Notes under the pieces: model-generated
What the model was told of the DNA's origin: nothing
Database searches by the model: none
What the model saw: only the letters and a program-made list of their open reading frames with translations
Source of the DNA: Squalus acanthias
Taxonomy: Eukaryota
Direction: 5' to 3'
NCBI GenBank assembly: GCA_030390025.1
Contig: CM059432.1
Coordinates: 57,042,001-57,106,000 of the forward strand
DNA length: 64,000 nt
Translations under genes and position numbers: made by a program
Shown here: piece after piece, positions 63,346 through 64,000 of the stretch
How the letters are laid out: each line of letters opens with the position of its first letter
How positions within the stretch are numbered: the stretch's first letter is position 1

Positions 63346-64000
63346 GGGCCTGAATTTAGGACTGAGATGAGGAGAATTTTCTTCAGTCAGACGGTGGTGA
63401 ATCTTTGGAATTCTCTACCCCAGAGGATTGTGGAGGCTCAGTCGTTGAGTATATCCAAGACAGAGATCGATAGATTTTTGAATATTAAGGGAATCAAGGG
63501 ATATGGGGATAGTGCAGGAAAGTGGAGATGAGGTAGAAGATCAGCCTTGATCTTATTGAATGGTGGAGCAGGCCCAAAGGGCCAAATGGCCTACTCCTGC
63601 TCCTATTTCTTATGTTTCTTATGTTCTTATGAATTGCGATCGGAGGCTTCCCGTGGGCAGATATCTCCGATCATCAAAACATCTACGCATTTACTTGGTG
63701 GTCCAGGGGATATGGAGGCTTGCGATCCTGGGCCTCTCCTGGTAGAAATGCATAGAGGCCCACTTATCCCAGGCGCGCATGTGATTCGTAAGCGCCCCTG
63801 GGATCACGTAGGCCAGCCCAACCAATGAAAGAAGGGAATCCCCATACATACTTATGGGAGTTCTGTACGTACGGAACTGTCATAAGTATAAATGGGGATA
63901 ACTTAAAAAATACACGAACACATGAAATAAATAAATAAAAAACATTACATATATAAAATTAATTAAAATGGCATTTAATTAAATATTTTAAACAAAAATT
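63346..64000 (+). mobile_element. Harbinger-type MITE, hairpin-rich family, copy D (runs off window; TIR split by CR1)
   Basis: GGGCCTGAATT at 63346 rejoins GCGATCGGAGGCTTCC at 63636; body matches copies B and C. Confidence 0.85.
63357..63629 (+). mobile_element. CR1 3' fragment inserted in the MITE TIR
   Basis: Matches 35876-36215; (TTCTTATG) tail; flanked by TGAATT at 63351-63356 and 63630-63635. Confidence 0.93.

Noticed and set aside
1..64000. Prokaryotic operon, CRISPR array, retron or other RT-based defence system
   Set aside because: There is no gene-dense coding or repeat-spacer array. All RT motifs belong to decayed vertebrate non-LTR retrotransposons.

Overview
This is eukaryotic, vertebrate-type DNA, not prokaryotic. 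The repeat content (CR1 LINEs with short tandem tails, L2 LINEs, DeuSINE-like and LF-SINE-like SINEs, Penelope-like elements, Harbinger derivatives) points to a cartilaginous fish such as a shark; this is inferred from recalled family features. I found no intact host gene and no intact transposon ORF. Every ORF-track entry I can recognise is a broken piece of a CR1/L2 ORF2, a Penelope GIY-YIG domain or a Harbinger Myb/SANT gene. A strong minus-strand bias among LINEs suggests the window lies in a large intron of a + strand gene. The most notable observations are: (1) minimal hammerhead-ribozyme motifs in Penelope-like terminal repeats, one with an intact core at 46617-46653; (2) a Harbinger element whose 3-bp target duplication is the predicted GUU cleavage triplet of one such ribozyme; (3) a Harbinger-type MITE family built from hairpins whose stems change sequence between copies but stay paired; (4) an 83-bp templated insertion copied from 706 bp downstream; (5) a spliced Harbinger Myb gene fossil; (6) several nested insertions. 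I cannot claim a new biological system from sequence alone; the paired-hairpin MITE family is the best candidate for something under-described. Family names come from recalled motifs, not database searches. Boundaries without a stated target-site duplication (TSD) are approximate.
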